Source of the DNA: Eukaryota sp. GEM-RC1
Taxonomy: Eukaryota
Reading direction: 5' to 3'
DNA length: 64,000 nucleotides
Assembly: GCA_040285855.1 (NCBI GenBank)
Contig: JAUFOQ010000004.1
Location: 248,001 to 312,000, forward strand
A program made the position numbers and the translations under genes. Of this stretch, positions 1 to 12,631 are shown one piece after another (position 1 is the first letter of the stretch; the number at the start of each line of letters is the position of its first letter). The notes under the pieces are model-generated. The model saw nothing but the letters and a program-made list of their open reading frames with translations. It was not told the origin of the DNA and ran no database searches.

Positions 1-1
1 T

Positions 2-3000
2 ATGAATGGTAGTCATTCCAGCACTTTCTGTACGCAGAAAGTGTCTTATCCTTTCACTGGTAAAGGTGAAATAGTGACAGTTTCTGATTCTGGAATTGAT
101 CCCCATCACGTCATGTTTCTGGACGATGACGGTCAATCGTTCTCTGATTTTGACCTACAAGAAGGGAAGGTTTCCAATCACTCTAAAATAGCTCGTTATG
201 ACACAGTCTCTGGATCACGTCATGATCACGATGGTCATGGCAGTCACGTTTCTGCAATCATAAATGGCAGTCCTGTATCAGGGTCCAATCATCAAGGAAT
301 AGCTCATAATGCCAGGATTGCAATGATTGATCTTTGTGGTAGTGATTGTTCTACTTTATCAATTCCATCACGTCCTGCGTCAATGTACACGTCATCATTT
401 TTGATTGGGAGTAGAATATTCTCCAATAGTTGGGGACTTTCCTCTTTGGGTATTTACGACTCCCTCGCTCAATCAGTTGATCAGTTCATATATCAAAACG
501 ATGACGTCATCATGATCTCTTCCGCTGGTAACTCTGGTAATGCCGGACTCAGAACCATCTCTTCTCCTTCCTCCTCCAAAAATTCTCTCTCCATTGGTAG
601 CTCCTTCTCTGGCCGTTGGTCTGCTGAGAGTGGGTGTTGTCACTACAATGGACAGCCTGGATGTTGTTCTAGGCATGATACAATTACTAAAGCGTCCAGA
701 ATCTTTCATTTGGATAATGTACCTGCCTTTTCTAGCAGAGGACCTAGTGATGACAGTCGAATCAAACCTGATTTGATTGTTCCTGGTGATCCTATTGTTT
801 CTTGTGATGCTAATTCTGGGAATAGACTGTTTTCAATGTCTGGGACGTCGATGAGTGCCCCCTTAATTAGTGCAGGAGCTGCTCTGATTAGGGAAGGTCT
901 ACGTGATATTCGACCCTCAGGCTATCTAATCAAGGGTTTGATTGTGTTATCGTGTAGGGCAAGTGAGGGTGATGTGTGGTGGGGGTCGTGGTTCGTGAGC
1001 TCCATTACACGTGATGTTCAAGGATTTGGAAGGAGCATTTTGTCAAGGGTTTTGCCGACCTCTGGAATTCAAGAAACTTTAAATTCTTTTCGAAGTGTTA
1101 GTGGTGAATTTATTTGGTTTGCTGACCGTCAAGTCTTGACTAATTCTAAAAATGAAGTTGAATATGTTTTAAATATAAGGAATTCAAATGTTGCTACTGT
1201 TGTTCTGACTTGGTATGATGTTCCTGGAGATTTGTCAAAGAGAAAATCCTTGGAGAATAATTTAAATTTGTTTGTTATTAGTGATCGGTATAGGTGGTTG
1301 TTTGGCAATGATTTTTTAAATTCAACACGTTTTTTTGACAATTTTAATACCGTCGAATCGGCCAATCTTTCTCTTGTTCATGACAATCATCTTCGAGTTC
1401 TCGTTTCTTCCCCTTTTCTTCCTTCAGGAACTCAACGCTTCTCTTTGGCAGTGATCTCAGACGGGGAGGTTGAGCTGCTTGATGATGTAACTCCTTTTAG
1501 TTGTGCCAATTATGAATCACTTGCTTATTGTAGGTCAAAATCATGTCCAGGTGATTGCTCCGGAAATGGAAAGTGTGTGTTTGGACAATGTGTTTGTGAT
1601 GATTTATGGACTGGATTTGATTGTTCAATGAAGCATTGTAATGGAATTGAAGTGTTTACGTCTGCTTCCGGTCAATTTGAATCTCAAATAGGCATGTCTC
1701 GGTATAATCCCAACTCTGATTGCGTATTTCTGATTGAACCGTCAAACAGGGCAAGTGAAATCACAATCAATTTTGATCATCTTGATCTTGAAAACGTCCA
1801 TGATGTCGTTCTGTTTTCCTCCAAAATTGATCTCGTGTTCTCATCATCTGATTATGAACAATCAGTCTCTGGAAGTCTCGAGACTTCAACTTCCAGTTTC
1901 GTTAGTCGTACTGGTTTAGTTGTTGTTCGGTTTCTATCTGATGCTGACGTGGAGAAATCTGGTTTTAAAATTTCATACTTTTCCAAATATTCATCTTGTT
2001 CAGGAATCACACGTTTATCCCAGTCATCTGGAAGTTTCTCCTCCAATCATTTTGCCTCTAGATATCCACCTAATTCCCTTTGTGTTTTCTATATTGAACC
2101 AGACACGGAACCCAAGCAATCAATTTTGATTGATTTTAGCCGATTTGAAACAGAAAAGGACTTCGATGTTCTTTCAATCTACAACATTGATGACGTGTTG
2201 ATTGCTAATTATTCTGGAGATTTGGATCCTTTTTCTGTACAAGTTCCCGGAACTGGTGCAATTCTGATCTTTTCTTCTGACGAGTCTTTGGAATTCTCTG
2301 GATTTTCTGCCTCTTACTCTTTGATTGATTACTGTGGATTTGATTGTTTCAATAGAGGTCAGTGTAGGTCCAATCAAGAATGTGATTGTGACGATGGCTA
2401 TTCTGGTTCAGTCTGTAATATTGACCCTCAATCTTATTGCTCATCTCTTTCCTGTTCCGATTGTATCACGTCGGCTTCTTGCGGAATCTGTTTGACTGAT
2501 TTGGGTGAGTTTCATTGTACTCATGGTCTTTATTGTGTTTATCCCGATGTTTTGTTGGACAATTACCATTGTGAGTTCTTTGAGGGCTTGAAGTCATTGA
2601 AAGTCTATGGTGACGTGATGTTGGGGTCAATCATAGGCCAGAATAGGAAGGTTGTTCAGACTGAGCTTCTCAATCTGTTCCCCGACCCTGACGTTATTGA
2701 TTCGGTTATTCTTTCACAGTCAAAGTTTCTTATTAAAATTTCAAATTTTTCACTTTCACAAAGCATTGACAAATTCGTTTACCTTAATTCTGATTTGTCG
2801 TTTGCTCTTCCTCGTTCCATTTATGCGGACAAGTTAGACATCTTTTGGTCTGAATATCCGTTGGAATCTGTTTTTGATGAAGATTCACATCAATCAAAAA
2901 TGATTGGAAATCACTTTCTGCCAATCTACTTTGATCCCAGTTTTACATCCATTTCTGAATCAGGCAACCCTCTCATTTATTCCTTTGATCACGTCATTTC

Positions 3001-4738
3001 AACCCTTGATTTTGACCTTTTGTATAACTTTGGTTTTTCATTTGTCAAACTGTTCAACAATCTCAATCATTCCTTGGATTTAGATTTCATGGTCCTTCAG
3101 TCTTTACCAGAGTTTTATTTACCCACAAGGATTACTTTGTTGAGGAATTTCCATAGTTTTCTTGTTTCTACCGTTGATTTTGAGCCCTCAAAGTCAATCA
3201 TTTTTGATTGGCGTGTCCAAAATGATACTTCTAATTCCATTCCACACTTTAAGAGCAGTTTTTTACCTGTTTCAGAATCATGGTTCAATCATCAAACTTC
3301 TCTTCTTTTTGAATTTTCTGCTTATTTGGAAAACCATCAACAGTTTTCGACAAATCTAATTATCGTCTACGCTTCTACCACATCAACTACCCACATATCT
3401 CCTAATTATTTTAAAATTTCCAGGCCACCAATCTTCAATTCGATTTTTCTGCCCTTTCAGTCTTCAATTTGCACTTCTTCAAAGAAATTCATTACGAACT
3501 TGGATTTGCGATCAAAACCTTTTGAGCAACGTGTGAATTCATCAACGTCTCACTGTTATCTGACTCGATCTTCATTTACAATCATCAATCAATCATTTTT
3601 GATTGAAGCGGATGGTGTATGCTATGATTATGATTGGTATCATAACGTTATTTCTAGTGTTAATATCAGTATTGTACCATTAAGTTTAACTTCTTTTAAA
3701 CTTGTCGTTCAAAAACCAGTTCTTACACGAGTTTTCTTTGAATTAGAGCTCGAGATGGGGTCAAAACTGGTCAGATTTCCCCTGAATTCTCCTTCAATCG
3801 ACGATACTTTTGATTTCTGTTGGGGTTTGCCTCCAAATTCTAAATTATATGCAATATTTCATGATTTCCATGGATTTCATTCAAAGCTATCAGTAACACT
3901 ATCTCCGTCGTTTTTTACCTCCACTTTCACAGTTGATTCCTTGAATTGTACGATGTCCGAAGTTTCCTCAGCAATGTCGTTCATTTTTAATTTATTGGTG
4001 TCTCACAGTCTAGATTTCAATTCTTCTTTTGATTTTTGAATATTTGGGATATTTCAATTCCGATCTTTTCCGATTGCAATGAAAACAGTTTTAGTAATCC
4101 AAGAGAGTTTGTCACGTCATCAATCATCTTCGAGAGTGAGTGTTAATAATCTAATTGAATTTCTGTTCATTCATCGATATTTATGGCCATTTGTCTCTCA
4201 AAATTTACACTTTTACTCTAATTTTCTACTTGAATCAACTAATTTTTTGTCGTTTTTCCAAGAAGAACTACACTTTGATGACTCAACAGAAAGTCTACCT
4301 TATAACTTTGTCTATGTCGGTCAATCACCTCAATTTGTCTCATTAATCCCCTCGAAACTTCCTAATTCACACTTTGTGTTCTTTCCTCTTCAGGAAATGA
4401 TTGATGACTCTACCTGGGCTTACTATTTTGAGCTCCATAACGGTTTAAATACTTCTTTTGCCATTAGTTTACCCTTCAATTATGACCGAGACTCTGTTCT
4501 TTGCTTCTATGTCGATGAAAATTCTATTGACAACATTGAGGTCTTCTCCAAATGCAGCTCAATCGTTTATTTTGATTACTTTGAGTGTTTCTGTGATTCC
4601 ACTCGTGGAGTTTTACTAGTTCAGTTTGAAGGCAAATCATCATTTGGTATGATTGTCTTGTTGTCTCTTCTTTTGTTTGTATTTGCCTTTGTAATTCTTT
4701 TTATTTCTTCGATATTTTCAGGAAGTTTTTCTGATTGA
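2..4738 (+). CDS. Subtilisin-family (S8, Kp43/TagC-like) serine protease with EGF and two CUB domains and a probable C-terminal TM helix; possibly 5'-partial; ORFs 2..4039 and 4079..4738 probably one gene
   Basis: Catalytic motifs DSGID, HGSHV and GTSMSAP. KPDLIVPG motif. EGF CPGDCSGNGKC. Two CUB repeats (YNPNSDCVFLI, YPPNSLCVFYI). Hydrophobic C-terminus in the downstream ORF. Confidence 0.85.
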
Positions 4739-4864
4739 AAAGGCGGTTTAAGTTTCACTCTTTCTTTTTGCTTTTTCCATGTAAATTACCATTTCATTCT
4801 TCACAACTTTGAATGCAACTCTAACACTTTAAATCTGACTTCTTCTATGAACAGTTGACTTTGT

Positions 4865-5823
4865 CTAAGGCAACTTCATCTGTCGCTTTTTGATACAAAG
4901 TGTCTGTATGTCTGATTCTTCACTCAATCTTTCTATGGCTGCATCGGCAGCATCGCTTGTGTTGAACGATATCTTTCCGTAATAAATATCCGCTGATCCC
5001 TTAGAGTGGAAGACTTGACTTCCTATAATAGTACCATATGGTTCAAACATCTTTGTAAACTTACTCGGTTCAGAGAAGTACGATGAGTCAAGTCCATAGA
5101 CCACAAGAACACCTCCCGGGGGTCCCTCCTCTGTCAATGTCACGTCACCTTCTTCAGTCTGCACGGCCTCTATTGTTTCTTGTTCATCAGCGAACTTAAC
5201 CACCATTGGTACTGTTTGGTCTTCAAACTGGATCCTTTCATTTAGACTGCTGATTGCCTTCTCTGCTGATTCCTTTCCCCCTTTCATACGAACAAATGCA
5301 CACCTGCGGCTTCTCCCAGAAGGATCTCGTAATAAGACAATCTCATCAATTTCTCCAAACATGGAAAATCTGCAGTGAATGTTTGTTCAAGGGGACATAC
5401 ATCATGTGAAGGTGAATCTCCATAATATTTCGTCCTAACATTCCTACAAATAGCTTCCATCGAGCACTTGCTTCTCGTGGATGATAAGTCGGTCTCTGCT
5501 GTTCTTTTTCTCCACCATTTGCATATCGTCTAGGGTAAGTCAGCAATCTTACCGTACATTTGAAGTGGATGTCTAGCATTTCCCAAAGTAATGGTGTTGT
5601 GGAGATCTTTTATGGCTTTATCTGCTGATTCCTTTTCCACATATCTCACAAAAGCACATCCTCGCGAGTGTCCTGTTTTTCGATCTCTAACAAGGGCGAT
5701 TTCTTGAATTTCTCATATGATTAACTTTTGATTTGCTTACTTACCATATTTGTTAAATAAACTCTCTAAATCTTGTTCTGTGAATGTTTTGGGAATTTGT
5801 CCAACGAACAGTTTATAAGACAT
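4865..5823 (-). CDS. CELF/Bruno-like three-RRM RNA-binding protein with three short introns (about 5712-5744, 5530-5557, 5370-5400)
   Basis: KLFVGQIPK, SRGCAFV, KLFVGML, SRRCAFV and PMVVKFAD motifs. Splicing restores PLQIRYA and IFSMFGEI. Confidence 0.8.
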
Positions 5824-5941
5824 TGAGACTTGCGAATGTTTAACATATATCCTATGTTCATTTTGTTTCCAATATAGGCATCAGTCATTATGTTTGGGTT
5901 TGCAAGATTGGAAATTACGCAGTTGAAAGAAGGAAATTCAG

Positions 5942-6396
5942 ATGAAGGCTATCATACAAAGAGTAAAGGAATCCCGAGTCACTCTTGAAGATGGAACTGT
6001 TTCCGGCGAGATCGCCCATGGACTGAATGTTCTAGTTGGAATTCATAGAGATGATACAATGGAGGATGCGGACTATATTGCCCGAAAAATTGTGAGTCTT
6101 CGTCTCTTTTCCAATGAAGAAGGACTTCACTGGAAGAAGAGTGTGAACGATCTCGGATATGGTGTCTTGTTAGTCAGTCAATTCACTTTATATTCTATCT
6201 GCAAAAGGGAACCAAACCAGACTTTCATTTGGCAATGAGTCCTGAGGGTGCTACGACTTTGTTCGAATATCTGACGTCGAAAGTAAAAGATCAGCATTCT
6301 GGAAAGGTCGAAACCGGAGTCTTTCAAGCAATGATGGAAGTAACCATCGTTAACGATGGACCTGTCACCATCTCAATAGATAGTCGTGCTCGTTAG
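5942..6396 (+). CDS. DTD1: D-aminoacyl-tRNA deacylase (one frameshift near 6205)
   Basis: MKAIIQRV and SQFTL in the first frame. PDFHLAM...ETGVFQAMMEV.IVNDGPVTI in the shifted frame, ending at TAG 6396. Confidence 0.92.
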
Positions 6397-6637
6397 GTGT
6401 TTCTACAGTATTGTGCCTCTTCCTTCACATATCTTCCTTATTTTAACTGTATTAATTCGCTATCTAATTTATGAAACCTTGGTTTTTGTCAGGCTTTGTT
6501 CTTCTTTAATTTGGGAATATACCAATAAACATACTACTGTGCTATGAGTAGTCATTGTTCTTTAATCATTATTACCAATTATACGTCCTTAATACATTAT
6601 GAAGATTACTTCATCACATGTGGCAGTGCATCAGGGG

Positions 6638-7308
6638 CAGGGATTGGAAAAAATATATTTTTATTTATTGTCCACCAACAATATATATTGACAATAAGAG
6701 AACTGGAACAATATGATATTGACATGCTTTAGATCAGTTTATCATAGAAAATCAATAGTTCTTGCTCTACAATCCCCCCTTTCTGGAATGAAAAAACTAT
6801 TGGCAGGACTTTCAACTCGTAGAAAAAACTGATGTTGCAAATAAACTCCTTTTCCAGTATTGCAATATATTGTCCATAAATATTAATTTATTGTTCACAA
6901 TAACAATAACAACCTAAAGTGAGTTTTGTGTGACTGAAAAGCCTCTCAACATCATTGGAGGGAGGGTGAATGACTGAAAAGTCAATGTACTCGGCATTGC
7001 TGGTGCTTGAAACAAAAAGTTGACAGTCGAAGGCGATTGTAGAACTCACTGCATGGTCTTGTTTAGTATCCTTATTCTTAAGGAGGCAATGTCAAGTCTA
7101 ATGGATACTGTTTTCTCCCACAAAGATTCTAGAAAACACTGACGTATCAACTTTTTTACTAACAATAACCCATCAATGTATTGCAATATATTGTTATTGT
7201 ACATGCACCAACAATATGTTATTGTTATTGTTTATTTACCAACAATACCATACTGTTATTGTACTTATTGCAATATATTGCAATATCAATATATTTTTCC
7301 AATCCCTG
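6638..7308. mobile_element. Non-autonomous hAT-like MITE (CAGGGA family)
   Basis: TIRs CAGGGATTGGAAAAAATATAT and ATATATTTTTCCAATCCCTG, with ATTGCAAT/CAATA subterminal repeats. Same family as 29682-31557 and 60976-61860. No clear TSD. Confidence 0.75.
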
Positions 7309-7864
7309 AGGTATGAAAAACAGCTTGGAATTATGAACTGGAAATTATTACATTATTATTACTGTAATTATTATAATTACAAGCATAATTTGATAATTTT
7401 AGAAATATTAAAATAATGAACCACACAACACTGTTTTATAGCAAAATACATAAACTACTAGTAGTACACACGAACAAGTGAGAATTAAACAGTCTTGTTC
7501 TACATTGGGAACAGGGAGCTCTGCAACGGCCTACCACTGGACTTCAAAATGATGAGCTCCCTTACAAAACGGACCACCAGTTATTAACATGCCACGCTCA
7601 GTTTGGAACTTCATTGTTTTCTTCAGCTTGTACAATCTCTTCTTTTTACTTGTATCACCAACAAACACGGTTTCATCTCTGTTGAGTCGATGTAATCGGA
7701 CGTGTAATCCTGTAACAAGTCTTTGTACTGGATTTGAGGACTTGACTGGTATCTGTTCAAACAGAGCGTCTATTGCAGAGTTAGTATTTGACATGTGGAG
7801 CAAGAAACAAGAAACAAAAGATTCTAAAATAATTGTAAAATTTCCTTGTTTGGGTCAAAGAAAG

Positions 7865-9400
7865 ATTATTATTATTATTAAAAACGGGGTTTATGATCAA
7901 TCAGTAAGATAAATACATTTGGAGAAGTGAATAACTAACAGACACTAACTAAAGTATCTAAACCATGATCCTTCTGTCCATCACCAAACAACTTTCCTAA
8001 AATTGAATTACAATATCTATGCATTGAACGAAGCAACGCAAACGTTAACCTACTCAACCAAACATTTTCATTGAAAACTTTACCATACTCAGAACACAAT
8101 TTACCAAAGGAAGTGAAAAAAACTTGTGCAGCTGATCCGATATTACCGTACATCGACATCGCAAAGGGTTGAAACACAAAAGAATTGTACCTATCAACTA
8201 GGAATGTTAAATAGTTCAGTTCAGTTCAGTTCAGTTCAAAAAAAGCGTGAACTGAACTGAACTAGTTCATGAACTGAACTGAACTATATAAACTGAAGCA
8301 AAGATACTATTGTTTCCAAAATAATGTGCCTAAGATCAACAACAGGTCATCAACAAGTACATGTGGTACTCAATCGTTGCAAAATTTAGTAAAACTTTTG
8401 GAAAGCATATTCTAATTATTGTTGGTCTTAGGTACCATGATGTGGAGATATGTGAATTTATAAATGATAGAAATGAGGCTAATACGCCATTACACTAACA
8501 TTAGATATCAGTAATTAACCACGAGTGCAATCATACAAGCGATTGAACTGAATCATCACTTAAACGGGGTCTTGAATTACATTCAATCAGTCCTGGAAGT
8601 GAAAACAAACGCTCAGACAACAATACTGGCTTGAATTCTGGCATCTCTCCAAATGAGTGTTAACAATCTAGGGTAGGTGTTGTGATTTAGGGTCCAATAG
8701 TGTAAAGAACTGGATGAAACGTCACAAGTAGCTTTTGTGATATACTTGTTAAACACTTGCTTTCGACGACCTTCTTCTTCCACTTCTTCTTCCGCTTTTG
8801 GTTCTTTGCTGTAAATTTACCATTAAGGAAGATAAATTTACCTAAGAAAAGGTAAATTTGATCTTTAAACACTTGCGTTCTTACGAGGTTTTAAGTTGGA
8901 CATTTCATAACACTGATGGAATACTTCATCCTCCTGTTCCTTACATGTGGCTTACATGTGGTGAAAAAGTACATTTATGTAGTAATAATATGATGTAAGT
9001 TCATTTAGTTCAGTTCAGTTCATGGAGGTGTGAACTGAACTGAACTAGTTCACAGAGATGAGTGAACTGAACTAGTTCATGAACTGAACTGAACTGGTTC
9101 ACGGCTGAACTGAACTGAACTAATTAACATTCCTACTATCAACATTCAATTGGTTAATTAAGTGGCAGTACTTTGTATTTTTTCCTTTTCCAGCCACTTC
9201 AAGAGCAGAAAAATCATCGTCAAATTTTTTTGGAAATTAATCTTGAATTACAAGGATCAACAGTTGTGAAATCCATGATAATCTCCCTGACAAGATAACC
9301 AAGGACCAATCAAATCACCACGACTTCTATCAACTTTTGGCTGATCGGAAAGATTAGCAAGTATAAATCCAATTTTTCCATGAAAACACCATGAAAACTA
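7865..9400 (-). mobile_element. Degenerate 3' fragment of a non-LTR retrotransposon (RLE-like C-terminus), interrupted by a hAT MITE
   Basis: Minus strand reads RGDLIGPW...MDFTTVDP and then FQPFAMSMYGNIG, with a (TAA)n-like tail at about 7865-7880. Related fragments at about 18580-18780, 22150-22290 and 26560-26610. Confidence 0.5.
8199..9135. mobile_element. Non-autonomous hAT MITE
   Basis: TIRs TAGGAATGTTAA and TTAACATTCCTA. Perfect 8-bp TSD CTATCAAC (8191-8198 and 9136-9143). Subterminal (TGAAC)n/(GTTCA)n arrays at both ends. Confidence 0.92.
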
Positions 9401-9446
9401 GAACAAACTCTTTTGGGCACATTTCTTGAAGCAGTTTTCATTTCAA

Positions 9447-11205
9447 ATGTCAAATCTGGACAGTCTTCGACTTCTTCTTCAGAAACACGACATCACTGCC
9501 TTGATCGTTCCTCATAGAGATGCTCATCTTTCAGAATATCCCCCGATTCGAGAATATCGTGTCCGTTTTCTTTCCAACTTCTCAGGATCTAATGCCACTC
9601 TTATTGTAACTCAGGATGATGCTTTCTTCTTTACAGATAGTCGATACTACATTCAAGCTGGCCAGGAACTCCCCCAGAATTGGACTCTTATCAAAAGGTC
9701 AAGCCCGTGGATTGGATCGCTGAATCTCTTCCTTCTGGTTCCAAGATCGGTGTTTACGAAGAGTTAATCACCCTGAAAGAAATGAAGACTTATTCCGATC
9801 TGTTTCAACCCAAAGACATTTCCCTTGAGATACTAAAAGAGGATTTTGTTGGTCAAATCTGGGAGAACCGATCTCCATATCCTCTCACCAAAATCTACCG
9901 TAGAGACGAGAAGTATGCTGGTAAAACTTGTTCTGAAAAAGTAGAACTTCTTCGTTCCACTCTTCTTGACCTCAACTGTTTCGGTATTCTAGTGACCGAG
10001 CTTCCTGAAATCGCTTGGACTTTAAATTTGGATGCCTCTGATATTCCTTTCAGTTGTTGTCCTTCTTATTGTTACTTAATCGTAACTGACAGGGAGATTA
10101 AACTGTATGTGCTTGAAAATAGACCATTTGGATCTAAAGTTTTGAAAATGTTTGAAGAAAATGAAGTTCAGGTTTTAAATTATTTTGATATTTGCAAGTC
10201 ATTAGAAGAAATGAATTTGGAAAAAACTGCTGATTTGAAATTTCTCATTCCCTCGTCAGCTCCTGCAGTTTTCAGAAAGTTTAATTTTCTTCCCTCAGTC
10301 AAAATTGATACATCACCAATTATCGACATGAAGGTGGTTAAAAACCCCATTGAACAAGAACAACAAGCCAGTGCTTCAATCAAAGATTCAGTTGCTCTTT
10401 GCGAAGTTTTCTATTGGGTTAAAAATATAGCATGTCATCAATCAAATTTAATTGAAGAAGATATTGCTGATTATCTCGTTGAAAAAGACAGCAACAACTC
10501 AACTTTATTTCACCTTCATTTGAATCGATAGTTGCTTCAGGACCAAATGCTGCAGTTGTTCACTACAGACCATGTTCAGGTCATAAAGTAGCTCAAAACA
10601 ACGTCATTTTGATTGATTCTGGAGGTTTCTATTTTGAGGGAACTACTGACGTCACTAGAACATTGTGGAATGGTCAAGAGACTTCTGTTGACCCTGATAT
10701 CAAACGAAACTACACTCTGGTATTAAAAGGACACTTAGCTCTAGGATCTTTAAATTTCCCTAAGAATTCAAAAGGTCGTGAACTAGACATCATTGCACGT
10801 CAGTTCCTATATCAACATAGTCTGGATTATGGTCATGGTACTGGTCACAATGTTGGTTTAAGAGAAGTCCATGAAGCACCTTCAGGGATTTCTAAAAAAT
10901 CTGATAGTATTTTAAAAGAAGGACAAATTTTATCAAATGAGCCTGGGTATTACTCTGAAGGGGAATATGGTATACGAATTGAAAACTTGATGATAATTCG
11001 ACAAAATGAACAAAATTCTGAATTTTTGAAATTTGAACAATTAACCTTCGTGCCCTATGAGCGTTGTTTGATTGACCAGGATCTTTTAAGTACAGAAGAA
11101 AAATCTATTCTCAACCAATATTACCAAACAATCAAGACCAAGATTTGCCCATTGCTTTCAACAGAAGTTCGAGATTGTGTTGTTGAACAATGTCAGGAAT
11201 TCTAG
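9447..11205 (+). CDS. Xaa-Pro aminopeptidase (M24B, aminopeptidase P) with two frameshifts
   Basis: DAHLSEY, FSGSN, TDSRYYIQA, SGPNAAVVHY, IDSGG..EGTTDVTRT, HGTGH, HE and SNEPGYY..G.RIEN motifs across three ORF pieces. Confidence 0.92.
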
Positions 11206-11275
11206 GAAGAAAGTTTTTCTTGAAAGAATTTTAGTTGTTGGTTACCACACTGTAAATAAATAATTCATTTTCAAA

Positions 11276-12436
11276 TCAATTTTCTGAATCAAAAATCTTT
11301 GGTAGAAGCAATTGAACGACTTCATGATTAGAAGATTTTAATATTTCAAAATCAACATCGTCATCAGGGTCGAAAGATACTGGCTGTAAACTGTAAGGAG
11401 AAACGACATGACTGCCAATGTCATCGGCAATCGATTTTGATTGAACTGAGCCACAAAAGGAAGGTATAACGTCACGATTAAAGTCGAGTTCTTTCAATGC
11501 ATCTGATAGACAATCAAATCCTTCAATCAATTCATGTAAAAGGTCAAAAACCGATGACCATGATTGGAAAGGTACATGACCGTCATCATAATCATAAACA
11601 ATCATACAATGGAAAGTAACAAACGCTTTCAAAAATGACTGAATATAAATTGAATCAATTTTTCCTTCTCCAATCAAGTGCTGTAAAACTTGACCCATCG
11701 AATCAAACTGTTCTCTCAACTTCATCGCTGTTTTGATCCCAACTCCTCTTGGATTAGTACAGTAATCACATCCAGCAAGAATGGCAATTTCCAGAAAAGA
11801 ATTAAAGGAATAATTCCCAAGTGGAGTAAGATAAAGTCTAGATGAATGATATTCATCCACAGTTTCAGTTTTACCATCATACTTCAATAGAACTAAGGGA
11901 AGTCTCCAAATGATGAAATCTGAGTCTTCACCTAGAACACCATCAATTAAACCTTTTTGAAATAAATGTGCAACTTGAGCATCAGTTTCAAAAGGAGAGC
12001 ATAAGTAACTAATGTTGAGTTTTTGACACAGGTGGATTACTCTAGCAAGCATCAAAGAAGTGATGGGTGCAGCAGCAGCATATATCTTTCTAGGGGTAGA
12101 CTCTCCTTCCTTTTCGACTGAGTTTGTGAGAGTTTTGGTGGCTTCAGTCCTTCTGATTTGTCTAAGTTCAGTAGTGACCTGTTTGGAAGGTAATGGGGCT
12201 CCATCAAATACGACAAAAGGCTTAATGTTATGAGATTGAAGAGTGTGGAGGAATTTCAAGCAATACTCGAGATATAGAGAAGTTGGTTGTTGGAGACAGA
12301 GTTCCTTTGGGCATGTGTAGACTGCTCTATGAAGAAGACCGAAACCATCAATGGCTATGCACTTTTGAGAATATTCAGACAGATGTTTCCTTTGAAATGC
12401 TGGTTTCAATACCGGAAGAAGTCCTTTGATGCCCAT
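11276..12436 (-). CDS. EXO1: Exonuclease 1 (XPG/Rad2 family)
   Basis: MGIKGLLP start, AIDG..LHR, VFDG.PLPSK, PFETDAQ, EDSD, ILAGCDY and GVGIKTA helix-hairpin motif. Confidence 0.88.
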   Translation of the reverse strand: MGIKGLLPVLKPAFQRKHLSEYSQKCIAIDGFGLLHRAVYTCPKELCLQQPTSLYLEYCLKFLHTLQSHNIKPFVVFDGAPLPSKQVTTELRQIRRTEATKTLTNSVEKEGESTPRKIYAAAAPITSLMLARVIHLCQKLNISYLCSPFETDAQVAHLFQKGLIDGVLGEDSDFIIWRLPLVLLKYDGKTETVDEYHSSRLYLTPLGNYSFNSFLEIAILAGCDYCTNPRGVGIKTAMKLREQFDSMGQVLQHLIGEGKIDSIYIQSFLKAFVTFHCMIVYDYDDGHVPFQSWSSVFDLLHELIEGFDCLSDALKELDFNRDVIPSFCGSVQSKSIADDIGSHVVSPYSLQPVSFDPDDDVDFEILKSSNHEVVQLLLPKIFDSEN

Positions 12437-12631
12437 TGAAAATTTACCAAATTTTATATTGAGGCAACCTAAATATACAACTAAATATACAAAATGGATA
12501 AATATACAAAATACCAACACGACAATTTTTTTGTCGCGCGACAAAAATATTTCATTCATTTTGTTCGAAAACAAACTGTTCACCTCTGAAATTCAAACCT
12601 AGACTCCTAATCTAGCTTCAATGCAGTCCAA

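Noticed and set aside
7531..7803. Small minus-strand ORFs here and at 13607-13852
   Set aside because: They could be short real genes, but there is no recognisable motif to support a call.
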